NCBI GenBank assembly: GCA_963700635.1
Contig: CAVOYH010000003.1
Coordinates: 736,001 to 800,000, forward strand
Source of the DNA: an uncultured Bacteroidota bacterium
GTDB lineage: Bacteria; Bacteroidota; Ignavibacteria; UBA10030; UBA6906
Reading direction: 5' to 3'
DNA length: 64,000 bases
Shown here: one piece after another, positions 9,637 through 19,184 of the stretch
Position numbering within the stretch: the first letter of the stretch is position 1
Layout of the letters: each line of letters starts with the position of its first letter
Made by a program: the position numbers and the translations under genes
Notes under the pieces: generated by a model
Told to the model about the DNA's origin: nothing
What the model saw: the letters and a program-made list of their open reading frames with translations, nothing else
Database searches by the model: none

Positions 9637-10533
9637 TTACGCTGGCTCAAGCGGCCTCACCACCATGATGCCCGTGTGGGAAGGAATGCCCGCGACATAC
9701 TCCGCAAGGGGCCCCGACGATATCAGGACTTTTTTTCCTGATAAGGACGCGTGCATGAACCGTGCAACACTTCCAAGCCGGAGGACCATACCGGTGTGCG
9801 AAACGTCCATGCCGACCATCGTCGTGGTGGTCCCGATAATATCACCGCTTTGCAGACGATTCTGGATTCCACCGATATGATCCGATGGAATATGATAGTG
9901 CGGCGAGCCGGAGAGCAACCTCTCCTCGCGCCTGATCTGTTGTACGAACTCCGCCCTGTCAAGTTGCCGGTACGATGTGCGGTGTGTCGTCATGAAGTTG
10001 ATGGTCTTTGTATAGGCGCTGCCCCCGAGCTCCCGGGTGATATCCTGAACAATTCCCTTCTGAATATTGTCCCTTATCCACGTCGAAAAATAGTGCAGCC
10101 GGCTGGGGTAGCCCTTGATGATTCCCCCGGTGTAGCGGATAGTGGTCAATTGCTTCTGGAAATCTTCAAAACCCCTCTTCCCGCTCTTGTGAGACCGGGC
10201 CAGGGCGAGCATATTTTCCACAAAGGTCAGACAGTCGAACTCCCTGAGGTTCACCACGAGTCGTTCCTCTCCCGGAGCTTCCAGCGTGTGGCCCTTGTAC
10301 GGCGTGCCTGTGAAGTGCTGACCGAATGCAGCAACCGCATGCCCGACCGGTCCGGAAGAGAATCCACGCATGTTCGCCAGCAGCATCGCTTCCAGGAAGA
10401 TCTCTTCATCTGACATGTCGGCCTGGAGCAGATTGCGTCCGGCGGCTCTCCCCAGAAAAGCGGCAGGCAGAAGGAGCGCCAGTTGACCGAGAAAAAAACG
10501 TCGTGTGGATCGAATGTCAGGGGACATATTCAT
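9637..10533 (-). CDS. DUF1460 (AmiA-like, permuted NlpC/P60) peptidoglycan amidase with Tat signal
   Basis: TRRFFL twin-arginine signal; GTPY, FDCLTFVE (catalytic Cys), RLHYF, DVSHTG (His), HAS. Confidence 0.82.
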   Translation of the reverse strand: MNMSPDIRSTRRFFLGQLALLLPAAFLGRAAGRNLLQADMSDEEIFLEAMLLANMRGFSSGPVGHAVAAFGQHFTGTPYKGHTLEAPGEERLVVNLREFDCLTFVENMLALARSHKSGKRGFEDFQKQLTTIRYTGGIIKGYPSRLHYFSTWIRDNIQKGIVQDITRELGGSAYTKTINFMTTHRTSYRQLDRAEFVQQIRREERLLSGSPHYHIPSDHIGGIQNRLQSGDIIGTTTTMVGMDVSHTGMVLRLGSVARFMHASLSGKKVLISSGPLAEYVAGIPSHTGIMVVRPLEPA

Positions 10534-10541
10534 TGTGTTCG

Positions 10542-11978
10542 TCAGAACGATGGTTCTTCAAGCTGTGCCGGCATCTGGTGCAACCCTGGAAGCGCGAGGT
10601 TTTCAAACCGGGCATAACGGTGGACAAACGCAAGATTGATGTCGTCAATCGGTCCGTTTCGCTGTTTACCGACGATGATCTCTGCCCGACCCTGGACGTC
10701 CTGTGCCTTTTCTGATTTGGGATCAGTATACATCTCCGCGCGGTGTACGAAGGCAACAACGTCCGCATCCTGTTCGATAGCCCCGGACTCGCGGAGATCC
10801 GAAAGGATCGGTCTTTTGTCGGTGCGTCCCTCCACCGCGCGGCTTAACTGCGAGAGGGCAATAACCGGAAGTGTAAGTTCTTTGGCAAGCGCCTTCAGAG
10901 AGCGGGAGATCGCCGAGATTTCTTTCTCGCGGTTCTCGGCACCTCTGGGTCCCTGCATCAACTGCAGGTAATCTACGATGATGAGACCGGCATTATGTTC
11001 TGCCTTCAAGCGGCGCGCTTTGGCGCGGAGTTCAAGAATTCCGAGGCTTGCGGTGTCATCGATAAACACGTTTGCCTTTGCGAGACGCCCCGCGGCCAGA
11101 CTCAGGCGTGTCCATTCCTCATCGGGCAGGCGGCCGGTACGGACGGCGTGCGCATCGACACGAGCCTCGGCGCAGAGTAACCGCATGATGAGCTGCTGGG
11201 TCGACATTTCAAGCGAGAAAATGCCCACCGTTGTCGCTTTGCTTTTGTGGAGCGCAGCATTTGATGCAAGAGAGAGCGCAAACGCAGTCTTCCCGGAGCT
11301 GGGCCGCCCTGCCACAATAATAAGATCGGAGTTCTGCCAGCCACCAGTCAGGGTATCAAGATCACGGAACCCTGTCGGTACGCCGGTGACCCCTTCGTTC
11401 TTGCCGTGGATACTCTCGAGCATTTCAAGTGTGCTATGGAGGGCGCTGTCCATCGACACAAAACTCTTTTTCAGCCGCCATTCTGAAATCTTAAAGATGG
11501 ATTGCTCTGCATCGTCGAGCAGATCGAACGCATCTTCAGCCGGACTAAACGCGCGAGAAGCAATCTTCGAGCTTTCCGAAATCAGTTTCCGAAGGATCGC
11601 CTTCTCCAGCACGATACGTGCGTGATACTCCACGTTCGCTGCACTGCTGACTTTCATCGTCAGCTCAACGAGATACGATTGTCCGCCTGCGCTTTCCAGC
11701 TGGCCCCGGCGCCGGAGTTCCTCGGCAATCGTGATGCTGTCCGAAGGTTCCCCCCGCTCAAACAGCGCCACAATGGCCTGGAAGATTTTCCGGTTCCGCT
11801 CGGCATGGAATGCATCTTCATCCAGAACCTCAATGGCCTTTGAAATCGCTTCCTTCTCGAGCAACATGGCACCGATGATCTGCTCCTCGATATCCACGGC
11901 ATGAGGCGGCATACGCCCTTCTGCCTGAGTCCGATCGGGCACCAGATCAATGCCTCCTTGCTGCGGCCGATCAGCCAT
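10542..11978 (-). CDS. dnaB: Replicative DNA helicase
   Basis: AGRPSSGKT, FSLEM, VDYLQL, LSQLSR, DLRESGAIEQDAD, KQRNGP; no intein; SD AAGGAG before ATG 11978. Confidence 0.97.
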   Translation of the reverse strand: MADRPQQGGIDLVPDRTQAEGRMPPHAVDIEEQIIGAMLLEKEAISKAIEVLDEDAFHAERNRKIFQAIVALFERGEPSDSITIAEELRRRGQLESAGGQSYLVELTMKVSSAANVEYHARIVLEKAILRKLISESSKIASRAFSPAEDAFDLLDDAEQSIFKISEWRLKKSFVSMDSALHSTLEMLESIHGKNEGVTGVPTGFRDLDTLTGGWQNSDLIIVAGRPSSGKTAFALSLASNAALHKSKATTVGIFSLEMSTQQLIMRLLCAEARVDAHAVRTGRLPDEEWTRLSLAAGRLAKANVFIDDTASLGILELRAKARRLKAEHNAGLIIVDYLQLMQGPRGAENREKEISAISRSLKALAKELTLPVIALSQLSRAVEGRTDKRPILSDLRESGAIEQDADVVAFVHRAEMYTDPKSEKAQDVQGRAEIIVGKQRNGPIDDINLAFVHRYARFENLALPGLHQMPAQLEEPSF

Positions 11979-12750
11979 GCTGTGCTCCTTCCGTTCCATC
12001 GTTCCCGTTGTGTTCGGTCAGGAATTTCTGCACCGCCTGAAAATCTTCCCACGCCGGACGTTTCCAGTTGGGGTTTCGCAGTAATGCCGCCGGATGATAT
12101 GTCACGATCATGGGAATGCCTGCGAATGCCATGATGCGGCCGCGGAGGCGGCCAAGACTCTCCGTTGTCCCGAGCAGAGTATGGGCTGCTGTCAGACCCA
12201 GACACACGATTAATCTCGGTTTTACAAGTTCAATCTGCTTTCGTAGATACGGGAGACACTGCTCCACCTCTTCGGGAACCGGCGTGCGGTTCTTGGGCGG
12301 ACGGCACTTCAGGATATTGGCGATATACACATCCTCGCGTCGCAACGTAATGGCTTCCAGAATTTTGTTCAGGAGTTGCCCGGCTCTGCCGACAAAAGGC
12401 TCACCCTGCGCGTCTTCGTCTGCGCCCGGCGCCTCACCAACGAACATCAGGGAGGCATGCGGATTGCCGACACCGAAGACAAACTTTGTGCGAGTTGCAC
12501 CCAGGGGACACTGAACGCAGGTGTTGATTTGTGCATCAAGGGAAGAGAGCGAGGCTGCACCGGACCAGGAGTCCTGAGGTGCAGACGGCGCAACACGTTC
12601 GGATCCGAACAGGTCCGGAGAATCTCCGGATTCCGGCCCGGGAACAGGATCGGTTTTTTTTGAGAGTGGACGTTCGAGCACGAGAAAGTCTCCAAACACT
12701 TCGCGTTCATCCTGCAACACGCGCTGCAGGGTCGTAAGTAGATCCGCCAT
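11971..12750 (-). CDS. Uracil-DNA glycosylase family 4 (Fe-S)
   Basis: CxxC, GEAPG, PFVGRAG, KCRPP, HPAALL. Confidence 0.92.
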   Translation of the reverse strand: MADLLTTLQRVLQDEREVFGDFLVLERPLSKKTDPVPGPESGDSPDLFGSERVAPSAPQDSWSGAASLSSLDAQINTCVQCPLGATRTKFVFGVGNPHASLMFVGEAPGADEDAQGEPFVGRAGQLLNKILEAITLRREDVYIANILKCRPPKNRTPVPEEVEQCLPYLRKQIELVKPRLIVCLGLTAAHTLLGTTESLGRLRGRIMAFAGIPMIVTYHPAALLRNPNWKRPAWEDFQAVQKFLTEHNGNDGTEGAQHG

Positions 12751-12767
12751 TCGGTATTCTCCCGGTC

Positions 12768-13994
12768 TTACCGGGTCGGGGATAAGAGGTGAACAACACG
12801 ATCCAGAATATGGTGCGCCACATTCAATTTCGAAAGGCGGGGGAGCGGTGTCGCGTTATCGTCACGATCAATCAACGTCACCACGTTGGTTTCCGCACCA
12901 AACGCAGCTCCTTCTACAAGCGGATCATTAAGAACAACAAGATCAAGCTGTTTTGATGCCCGTTTTGCGCGTGCGTGCTCGAGACCATTGTCTGTTTCGA
13001 GGGCGAAGCCCACAAGAATCTGTCGCGACCGCCGGTCTGCCGCCAAACGCAGAATATCAGGGTTCTTCTCACACGTGATTGTCAGATGGTCGCCATGTAC
13101 CGTTCCGCGTTTGATCTTTGATGGAGCGGCAGCGGCAGGAGCAAAATCGGCAACCGCAGCCGCCATAATCAGCACATCGCAGTCGCTAAAATGGCTCAAC
13201 ACGACGTCGGCCATTTCGCGGGCAGTAGAGACGTCGGTCCGCCGCACTCCGGCCGGTGTCGGCAAATGTACAGGTCCCGCGATGAGCGTCACGGAAGCCC
13301 CGCGTGTTGCCGCCGCCTGAGCCACGGCAAAACCCATTTTGCCGGACGACCGGTTGCCCAGGTAGCGGACCGGGTCGACAGGTTCCTGCGTCGGACCAGC
13401 CGATACAAGGATCCTTTTCCCCGCAAGGTCTTGTGATGACCCGGCCAAAATCCCCCGAACAGTATCCATGATCACCGAAGGATCGGGCAGGCGCCCCGGA
13501 CCGGAAAGACCGCTCGCGAGCTCGCCCGATTCCGGTTCGATGATGTGGATGCCCCGTTCACGGAGGAGTCTCAGATTGTTCTGCGTGGTGGTGTGCTGGT
13601 ACATATCCACGTCCATTGTCGGCGCGATCACCAGCGGCCCGCGGAGGGCGAGGACCAGAGACGTCAGGAAGTTGTCTGCCATCCCCACGGTGATCTTTGC
13701 AATCGTGTTTGCGGTCGCCGGGGCAATGAGCATCAAATCCGCCCACACGCCAAAATCGATGTGCTTCGTCCATTGCGAGGTGGGTTGACCGGGAGCAGAC
13801 GGAAACATCTCCACAACAACATCGCGGCGGGAGAGCGTTGCAAAGGTCAGGGGGGTAATAAATTGTGTCGCCGCGGGAGTCATCACCACCTGGACCTCGG
13901 CGCCTTCGCGCATAAGATCACGGACGAGTAATGCGCTTTTGTAGGCGGCGATGCCCCCGGAAATCCCCAGGAGGATATGCTTGCCCGTCAGCAT
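12768..13994 (-). CDS. coaBC: Bifunctional phosphopantothenoylcysteine decarboxylase/ligase
   Basis: GGIAAYK, APATAN, DPVRYLGNRSSGKMG, AAAVADF, GFALET. Confidence 0.96.
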   Translation of the reverse strand: MLTGKHILLGISGGIAAYKSALLVRDLMREGAEVQVVMTPAATQFITPLTFATLSRRDVVVEMFPSAPGQPTSQWTKHIDFGVWADLMLIAPATANTIAKITVGMADNFLTSLVLALRGPLVIAPTMDVDMYQHTTTQNNLRLLRERGIHIIEPESGELASGLSGPGRLPDPSVIMDTVRGILAGSSQDLAGKRILVSAGPTQEPVDPVRYLGNRSSGKMGFAVAQAAATRGASVTLIAGPVHLPTPAGVRRTDVSTAREMADVVLSHFSDCDVLIMAAAVADFAPAAAAPSKIKRGTVHGDHLTITCEKNPDILRLAADRRSRQILVGFALETDNGLEHARAKRASKQLDLVVLNDPLVEGAAFGAETNVVTLIDRDDNATPLPRLSKLNVAHHILDRVVHLLSPTR

Positions 13995-14006
13995 GAACGT
14001 GCGCCC

Positions 14007-14357
14007 TTATTCCTCGTCTTCTTCTTCCTCTACCTCGTCATCCTCTTTAAGAACGACGATCGGCTCCTTCTCCTTGTAGCGCCACTGCAACGAATTGTCA
14101 AGCAGGTGGTCGAGTGCTGTATCTGCCGGTTTGGGACGTTTTTCAAACTCGATGCTGATTTTCAGCTGATCCGGGTTAATATCATTCTCCTCGGCTTCAG
14201 CTTCTGTTTTGGTGGTAATAAGTTCCACCCGCTGGTTAAACTCGATCTTGATTTCTTCGTTGATCTGCCGCGCCCGTTTTGATGTGGCCACGATGCACTC
14301 GTGCACATTCTTTCCGGACTGGTTGAAGATTTCAAGATCAATGGGTTTTAATGGCAT
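14007..14357 (-). CDS. rpoZ: RNA polymerase omega subunit (Bacteroidota/Chlorobi type)
   Basis: SKRARQIN and FEKRPKP motifs; gmk-rpoZ-coaBC synteny; SD GGAGG before ATG 14357. Confidence 0.85.
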   Translation of the reverse strand: MPLKPIDLEIFNQSGKNVHECIVATSKRARQINEEIKIEFNQRVELITTKTEAEAEENDINPDQLKISIEFEKRPKPADTALDHLLDNSLQWRYKEKEPIVVLKEDDEVEEEEDEE

Positions 14358-14373
14358 CGGTACTGCCTCCACG

Positions 14374-14964
14374 CTATGGCGACTGTAAATGTTGTTCTAC
14401 TATTTTTTGTACTTCGTCGATCGCTTTTGTCAGGACATCATTCACTACCTGCCAGTCGAACAGAGGTGCCTGATCGAGTTCCATGGGCACGCGTTCAAGC
14501 CGGCGGCCCAGCGCTTCCGTATCCTCGGTAAGGCGCGCACGCAGACGCTGCTCGAGCACCGCTACGGAGGGCGGCCGGACAAAGATCAGACACGCTTCGG
14601 GATATGTGCGCTTGACGGACAACGCCCCCTTGACATCCACGTCAAACAGCAGGTTCTTTCCCTGCCGGACCGCAGCATCAACTTCGCTCTGCAGTGTACC
14701 GTAGAGATTGCCGTAAATTTCCTCCCACTCCACAAATTCTCCGAGGTCGACACGGCGACGGAATTCTTCCGGCTCGAGGAAAAAATAGTCCTCACCGTTC
14801 ACTTCTCCGCGTCGCATGGGTCGTGTCGTCGCCGAGACCGAAAACCGGAGTGATGAATTCCGCTTAAGTACTTCCCGCGCAATTGTTGTTTTCCCGGATC
14901 CGCTCGGAGCCGAAAGCACAATCAGTTTTCCGTTTCCGGATGATGTCGAAGATTCACCCGTCAT
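14374..14964 (-). CDS. gmk: Guanylate kinase
   Basis: APSGSGKT, SATTRPMRRGE, YGT. Confidence 0.96.
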   Translation of the reverse strand: MTGESSTSSGNGKLIVLSAPSGSGKTTIAREVLKRNSSLRFSVSATTRPMRRGEVNGEDYFFLEPEEFRRRVDLGEFVEWEEIYGNLYGTLQSEVDAAVRQGKNLLFDVDVKGALSVKRTYPEACLIFVRPPSVAVLEQRLRARLTEDTEALGRRLERVPMELDQAPLFDWQVVNDVLTKAIDEVQKIVEQHLQSP

Positions 14965-14967
14965 TCA

Positions 14968-15846
14968 CTACTCGATGTTCTGCAGCTGTTCCCGCACCCT
15001 CTCCAGTTCCTCCTTGATTCCCACTACCACATGCGCAATCTCGGGGGCACTGGACTTCGAACCGATCGTGTTGGCTTCCCGGTTGATTTCCTGCACGAGG
15101 AAGTTCAGCCGCCGACCGGGCGATTCGGCGCTCCCCAGGGCTTCGAGGAAAAACTTGTTGTGGCTCCGGAAACGTACACATTCCTCGGTCACATCAAGAC
15201 GATCGGCAAGGATGGCGACCTCAAGCTCAAGGCGTCCTTCGTCAACATGTTCTGTATCCAGTAGCTGCTGTATCCGTTCCTTGAGACGTTCACGTTCACG
15301 CGGAACCTGTGCCTTTGAGAGGCGCTCCACTTCCCGCAACCGTTCATCCAGAATCGTTATCCGTGCCCGGAAATCATTCTCCAGCTCGCGTCCTTCCTTC
15401 TGGCGCATCTGCTGAAGGTCCGTCACTGCAGCCTCGAGTGCCTTCCGCGTGAGTGCCCATTCAGCTTCATCCGCACCGGATTCTTCTTCTTGCTCCAGAA
15501 TTTCCGAAAACTTGAGCAGGTGTTCCAGACGCACCGGCTCGCGTAACTTCAACGCCTTCTTCAGGTCGTTAAGGAGCTTGTAATAGGCTCTGGCTGTCTC
15601 GGGATTGATGCGCAATGCCGCCGCTTCAGTTGCCCCCCGATCCAGGGTCACGGTCGCATTGATCTTCCCCCTGGAAATAGTCCGTCGGATTATTTCCTTA
15701 CAATCATTTTCCCTGAGGGAAAGCGAGCGTGGAAGCCGCAAGGCTATCTCAAGAAAACGGCTGTTTACACAGCGTAGTTCCACGCTGACGTGGTGAGTTC
15801 CGGATGAGGCCTCACCCCGTCCGAATCCGGTCATACTTGTGACCAT
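14968..15846 (-). CDS. yicC: YicC/YloC family endoribonuclease
   Basis: SMTGFG start, GRRLNFLVQEINREANTIGSK, REQLQNIE end. Confidence 0.95.
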   Translation of the reverse strand: MVTSMTGFGRGEASSGTHHVSVELRCVNSRFLEIALRLPRSLSLRENDCKEIIRRTISRGKINATVTLDRGATEAAALRINPETARAYYKLLNDLKKALKLREPVRLEHLLKFSEILEQEEESGADEAEWALTRKALEAAVTDLQQMRQKEGRELENDFRARITILDERLREVERLSKAQVPRERERLKERIQQLLDTEHVDEGRLELEVAILADRLDVTEECVRFRSHNKFFLEALGSAESPGRRLNFLVQEINREANTIGSKSSAPEIAHVVVGIKEELERVREQLQNIE

Positions 15847-15935
15847 GTGTCCTAATCGAAATTGTGCCTAAGCCATTAAACCTACAAAAAAGTCAATGCA
15901 GTTGCAACCCACTCTGCATCAAACAGGATGCCAGA

Positions 15936-16008
15936 TTATCCACAATCTATCCACAGCAATTCAGCTAAATCATTGAAAATCAAGGGTTTTTGAGTATATT
16001 GTGGATAA
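15936..16008. promoter_or_regulatory. Remote DnaA-box cluster with central IHF-like sites
   Basis: TTATCCACA 15936-15944, CTATCCACA 15947-15955, TGTGGATAA 16000-16008; one-mismatch WATCAANNNNTTR matches at 15966-15978 (-) and 15978-15990 (+). Confidence 0.75.
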
Positions 16009-16013
16009 CAATT

Positions 16014-17810
16014 ATGCATGCTTCGCACCACACGCTCTCCCTTCTGGTGGCCGATCTTTCCCGGCGATTCGAGGGAGCCCTCATTGACAGCATATTCTCG
16101 CAGGAACGGGACGAACTGATCGTAACTTTTGCCGATCGCCCGGAATGCCTTTTTATAAGTTGTTCTTCAAACCTCCCCATGGTGTTTCTCTATGACTCGT
16201 TTGTGCGTGCAAGACGTAATTCCGTGGACCTGCTCACTGCCGCAGGCGGCACGTACATCGCAGGAGTCGCAGTGCATCCCTCCGACAGAATTCTCACATT
16301 CCGCCTTTCTTCTGGAAGTGTTCTGGAAATCAGGCTGTTCGGGATGCGATCCAATGTATACCTTCTCGACAACAAGCGAATCGTGATCGACGCATTCAAA
16401 CGGGGGCGCGCAACCGTCGGGACACCGCTCACTCAACCGCTTCCCGTCGAGCATCCGACTCTAACCCAGCAGGTACAACATCTCACAAGCGCAGGCACAA
16501 CGTTCCCCATCACCTCAACAGCCCGTGAGACCCCTGAGGGTATGGCCAGGCATACCATTCCATCCGGCCCATCCCCGACGGCGGCCCTGCCTGTGGAACA
16601 ATCCGGGAAACCTGCAACGACCATTCAAGCCGCACTCAAGAACACTCTTCCGATTGTTTCACAGACAGTCGTACGCGAACTTGTACACCGGGCCGGCCTT
16701 TCATCCGGCGCGCTCATCCGTGACATAGGCCCGGAGCAATGGTCGGCTCTCTTTGCTGCCGCGCTGCAGATTGAACGGGAACTTATGAACCCCCGCCCCA
16801 TTGTGGTATCAACTCTGACTGGTCTTCCACTTCGTTTTTCCACGATACCGTTGCACCATCTCCCTGAAACCAGGGAAACGGCGCACCCCGACATCCACAC
16901 AGGTCTCCGAGAGTTCTATGTTCAAAGGCGATCCGCGGAGGCCTTTCAGGGCGAGCAACAGCAGCTCCGGGATCGCCTGCGACGCCGGATCGAGAAGGTG
17001 GAACGCACCTGTGAGGCAATCCGCACGGACGTGGCAGAAACTGACCGGGCCCGCACATATCGCGAGTTTGGTGCCCGCCTTATGGAGCACCTCGGAACGA
17101 TCACCAAAGGTGTCACGACATGGACGTGGACTGACGGGGAATCGTCATTGGAAATCCCGCTGATTCCCTCACTGACGCCGGTACAGAATGCACAACGATA
17201 TTTTGAAAAAGCGAAGAGCGCTGAACGATCGCGACTCCTGACAGAAGACCGCCTTCGTGCGTACGGCGCGATCTTAACGCGCGCGCGAAACCTCCTGTCT
17301 GAACTCGAGTCCATTTCCACCCGTTTTGCTTTGAGGGCATTCATGAAACAGCAGAAAGAACCACTGCGGTCCGTCGGGGCTTCAGAATCCGAGCAGGACA
17401 AGGAACGCGCTCCATTCCGCGTCTTTGTTGTTCACGGCGGATTTGAAGTGTGGGCCGGAAAGAGCAGCATCAACAACGATGATCTGACCATGCACCATAC
17501 GCGCCCCGAGGATCTGTGGTTTCATGCCCGCGGCGCGTCCGGCTCACATGTTATCCTGAAGATTTCTTCAGCCCCGGGAGAACCCGGCAAACGTGCACGA
17601 CAGGAGGCTGCGGCCATCGCGGCGTATTACAGTAAGATGCGCAAGGCCAGAATCGTCCCGGTGGCCATGACCCGTCGCAAGTATGTCCACAAACCCAGGG
17701 GGGCGCCGCCGGGTACCGTCGTCATCACACGCGAAGAAGTTTTGATGGCCACTCCAGGTCTGCCAAAAGTGCCTGCTCATACAATGAAAGAGGAAAATCC
17801 CGATGCGTAA
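16014..17810 (+). CDS. rqcH: NFACT family ribosome quality-control factor (RqcH/Rqc2-like)
   Basis: NFACT-N DR motif (SDRIL), GxxSN, coiled coils, QNAQRYFEKAK, NFACT-R GKSSINND and DLWFHARGASGSHV, AAYYSK. Confidence 0.85.
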   Translation: MHASHHTLSLLVADLSRRFEGALIDSIFSQERDELIVTFADRPECLFISCSSNLPMVFLYDSFVRARRNSVDLLTAAGGTYIAGVAVHPSDRILTFRLSSGSVLEIRLFGMRSNVYLLDNKRIVIDAFKRGRATVGTPLTQPLPVEHPTLTQQVQHLTSAGTTFPITSTARETPEGMARHTIPSGPSPTAALPVEQSGKPATTIQAALKNTLPIVSQTVVRELVHRAGLSSGALIRDIGPEQWSALFAAALQIERELMNPRPIVVSTLTGLPLRFSTIPLHHLPETRETAHPDIHTGLREFYVQRRSAEAFQGEQQQLRDRLRRRIEKVERTCEAIRTDVAETDRARTYREFGARLMEHLGTITKGVTTWTWTDGESSLEIPLIPSLTPVQNAQRYFEKAKSAERSRLLTEDRLRAYGAILTRARNLLSELESISTRFALRAFMKQQKEPLRSVGASESEQDKERAPFRVFVVHGGFEVWAGKSSINNDDLTMHHTRPEDLWFHARGASGSHVILKISSAPGEPGKRARQEAAAIAAYYSKMRKARIVPVAMTRRKYVHKPRGAPPGTVVITREEVLMATPGLPKVPAHTMKEENPDA

Positions 17811-19026
17811 GAATCGTCGCGCCCACATCCATGGACCGGCCACCCGGGCGATTCATGGCGTCCATCTGCATCCCTTTCAGGGGCCGGTCACGCCGGCTAT
17901 CGTACAGACCTCGACGTACCGGTTTGCCAATTCGCTCGATGCAATCCGGTATGCCCAGGGGGATCCGGACGTCTTTGTCTACACACGATATCATAATCCG
18001 ACTGTGCGCCAGGCCCAGGAACATCTGGCAGAAGTAATGGGAGCTGAGAAAACCCTGCTGCTCTCATCAGGGATGGCCGCTATCACTTCGGCCATACTGG
18101 CTGTGGTCCGGACGGGAGAGACCATCATCAGCACGCCCGCGTTATACGGAGGCACATACCGGTTCTTTCGCGACATTCTGCCACGCCATGGAATCACGGT
18201 ACGTTATGTCCGGCCGGATCGCCTTGAAGAGTTACCGAAGCTGATCACCGCTTCCACACGGCTTGTGTTCGTGGAAACACCAACAAATCCCACGCTCGGC
18301 ATCGTGGACCTCAAGGCTCTGGTACGTGAAGTACGCAAAGGACAACGCCGGACCGGGCGGCGTATCACGATCATGGCAGATAACACGTTTGCCACCAGTC
18401 GCAACCAGCAGCCTCTCGCTCTGGGGGTAGATGTTGTTGTGGAGAGCGCTACAAAGTACCTTGGCGGCCATTCGGATCTTATCGCCGGCGTTGTCGCCGG
18501 CACTGCCCGCACGGTATCGGACACCCACTTCCAGATGAAGTATTACGGTGGATGCGCGGATCCGTTTGTCGCCTATTTGCTCCTTCGCAGTCTCAAGACT
18601 TTTGCCCTCCGTGTTGATCGCCAGAACGCCAGCGCGCTGGCCCTTGCCGAATATCTTGAACACCACCCGAATATCCGCCGGGTGTACTATCCCGGACTTC
18701 CCTCACATCCGCATCACACCATTGCCTGTCAACAGATGACGGGCAGCGGATCAGCGGGGTATGGAGGTATGGTGACCGTGGAAGTGGGCGGCGGAGTGCG
18801 CGCTGCAGCAAAGGTGTGCGACACACTGCGTATTGCAGTGAATGCCATGTCGCTGGGGGGGGCGGAAACGCTCGTCAGCATCCCGGTCTATTCGTCTCAC
18901 GTGGGAATGAGCGCCCGGGAATTGCGGCAGCATGGTGTCACGCCCGGAATGATTCGTATTTCGGTGGGATTGGAGGAAATTGAGGATTTGAAGAGGGATT
19001 TTGATGGTGCGCTATCGGCATTGTAG
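17803..19026 (+). CDS. PLP-dependent trans-sulfuration enzyme (cystathionine gamma-lyase/synthase family)
   Basis: YTRYHNPT, SSGMAA, LYGGT, ETPTNP, DNTF, SATKYLGGHSD (PLP lysine), SLGG, RISVGLE. Confidence 0.9.
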   Translation: MRKNRRAHIHGPATRAIHGVHLHPFQGPVTPAIVQTSTYRFANSLDAIRYAQGDPDVFVYTRYHNPTVRQAQEHLAEVMGAEKTLLLSSGMAAITSAILAVVRTGETIISTPALYGGTYRFFRDILPRHGITVRYVRPDRLEELPKLITASTRLVFVETPTNPTLGIVDLKALVREVRKGQRRTGRRITIMADNTFATSRNQQPLALGVDVVVESATKYLGGHSDLIAGVVAGTARTVSDTHFQMKYYGGCADPFVAYLLLRSLKTFALRVDRQNASALALAEYLEHHPNIRRVYYPGLPSHPHHTIACQQMTGSGSAGYGGMVTVEVGGGVRAAAKVCDTLRIAVNAMSLGGAETLVSIPVYSSHVGMSARELRQHGVTPGMIRISVGLEEIEDLKRDFDGALSAL

Positions 19027-19109
19027 GCGCTCCCGGGGCTTCAATCCTGCCGCACCTGCAGAGCTTTCTGCGAAGCTGGCCGGATCAGGGGCAGGAAGGG
19101 CCTGATTCC

Positions 19110-19138
19110 TTGACCTTCATCCCTGTTTTCTGTAACAT
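19110..19138 (+). promoter_or_regulatory. Putative sigma70 promoter of the parvulin-MoxR operon
   Basis: TTGACC-17 nt-TAACAT, followed by SD GGAG before GTG 19185. Confidence 0.6.
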
Positions 19139-19184
19139 TAAGGTCTAGCAATTCATTGCCTGCAACAAATCACGGAGCCTTACA

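Noticed and set aside
15847-16013. This DnaA-box cluster as the primary oriC
   Set aside because: No clear trio/DUE. Flanks look C-rich on both sides by eye, while the strand switch, parS sites and AT-rich element are at dnaA. GC skew was not computed.
19027-19110. Hairpin ATCAGG...CCTGAT as SRP RNA or another ncRNA
   Set aside because: It lacks the SRP domain IV consensus and is too short to support a call.
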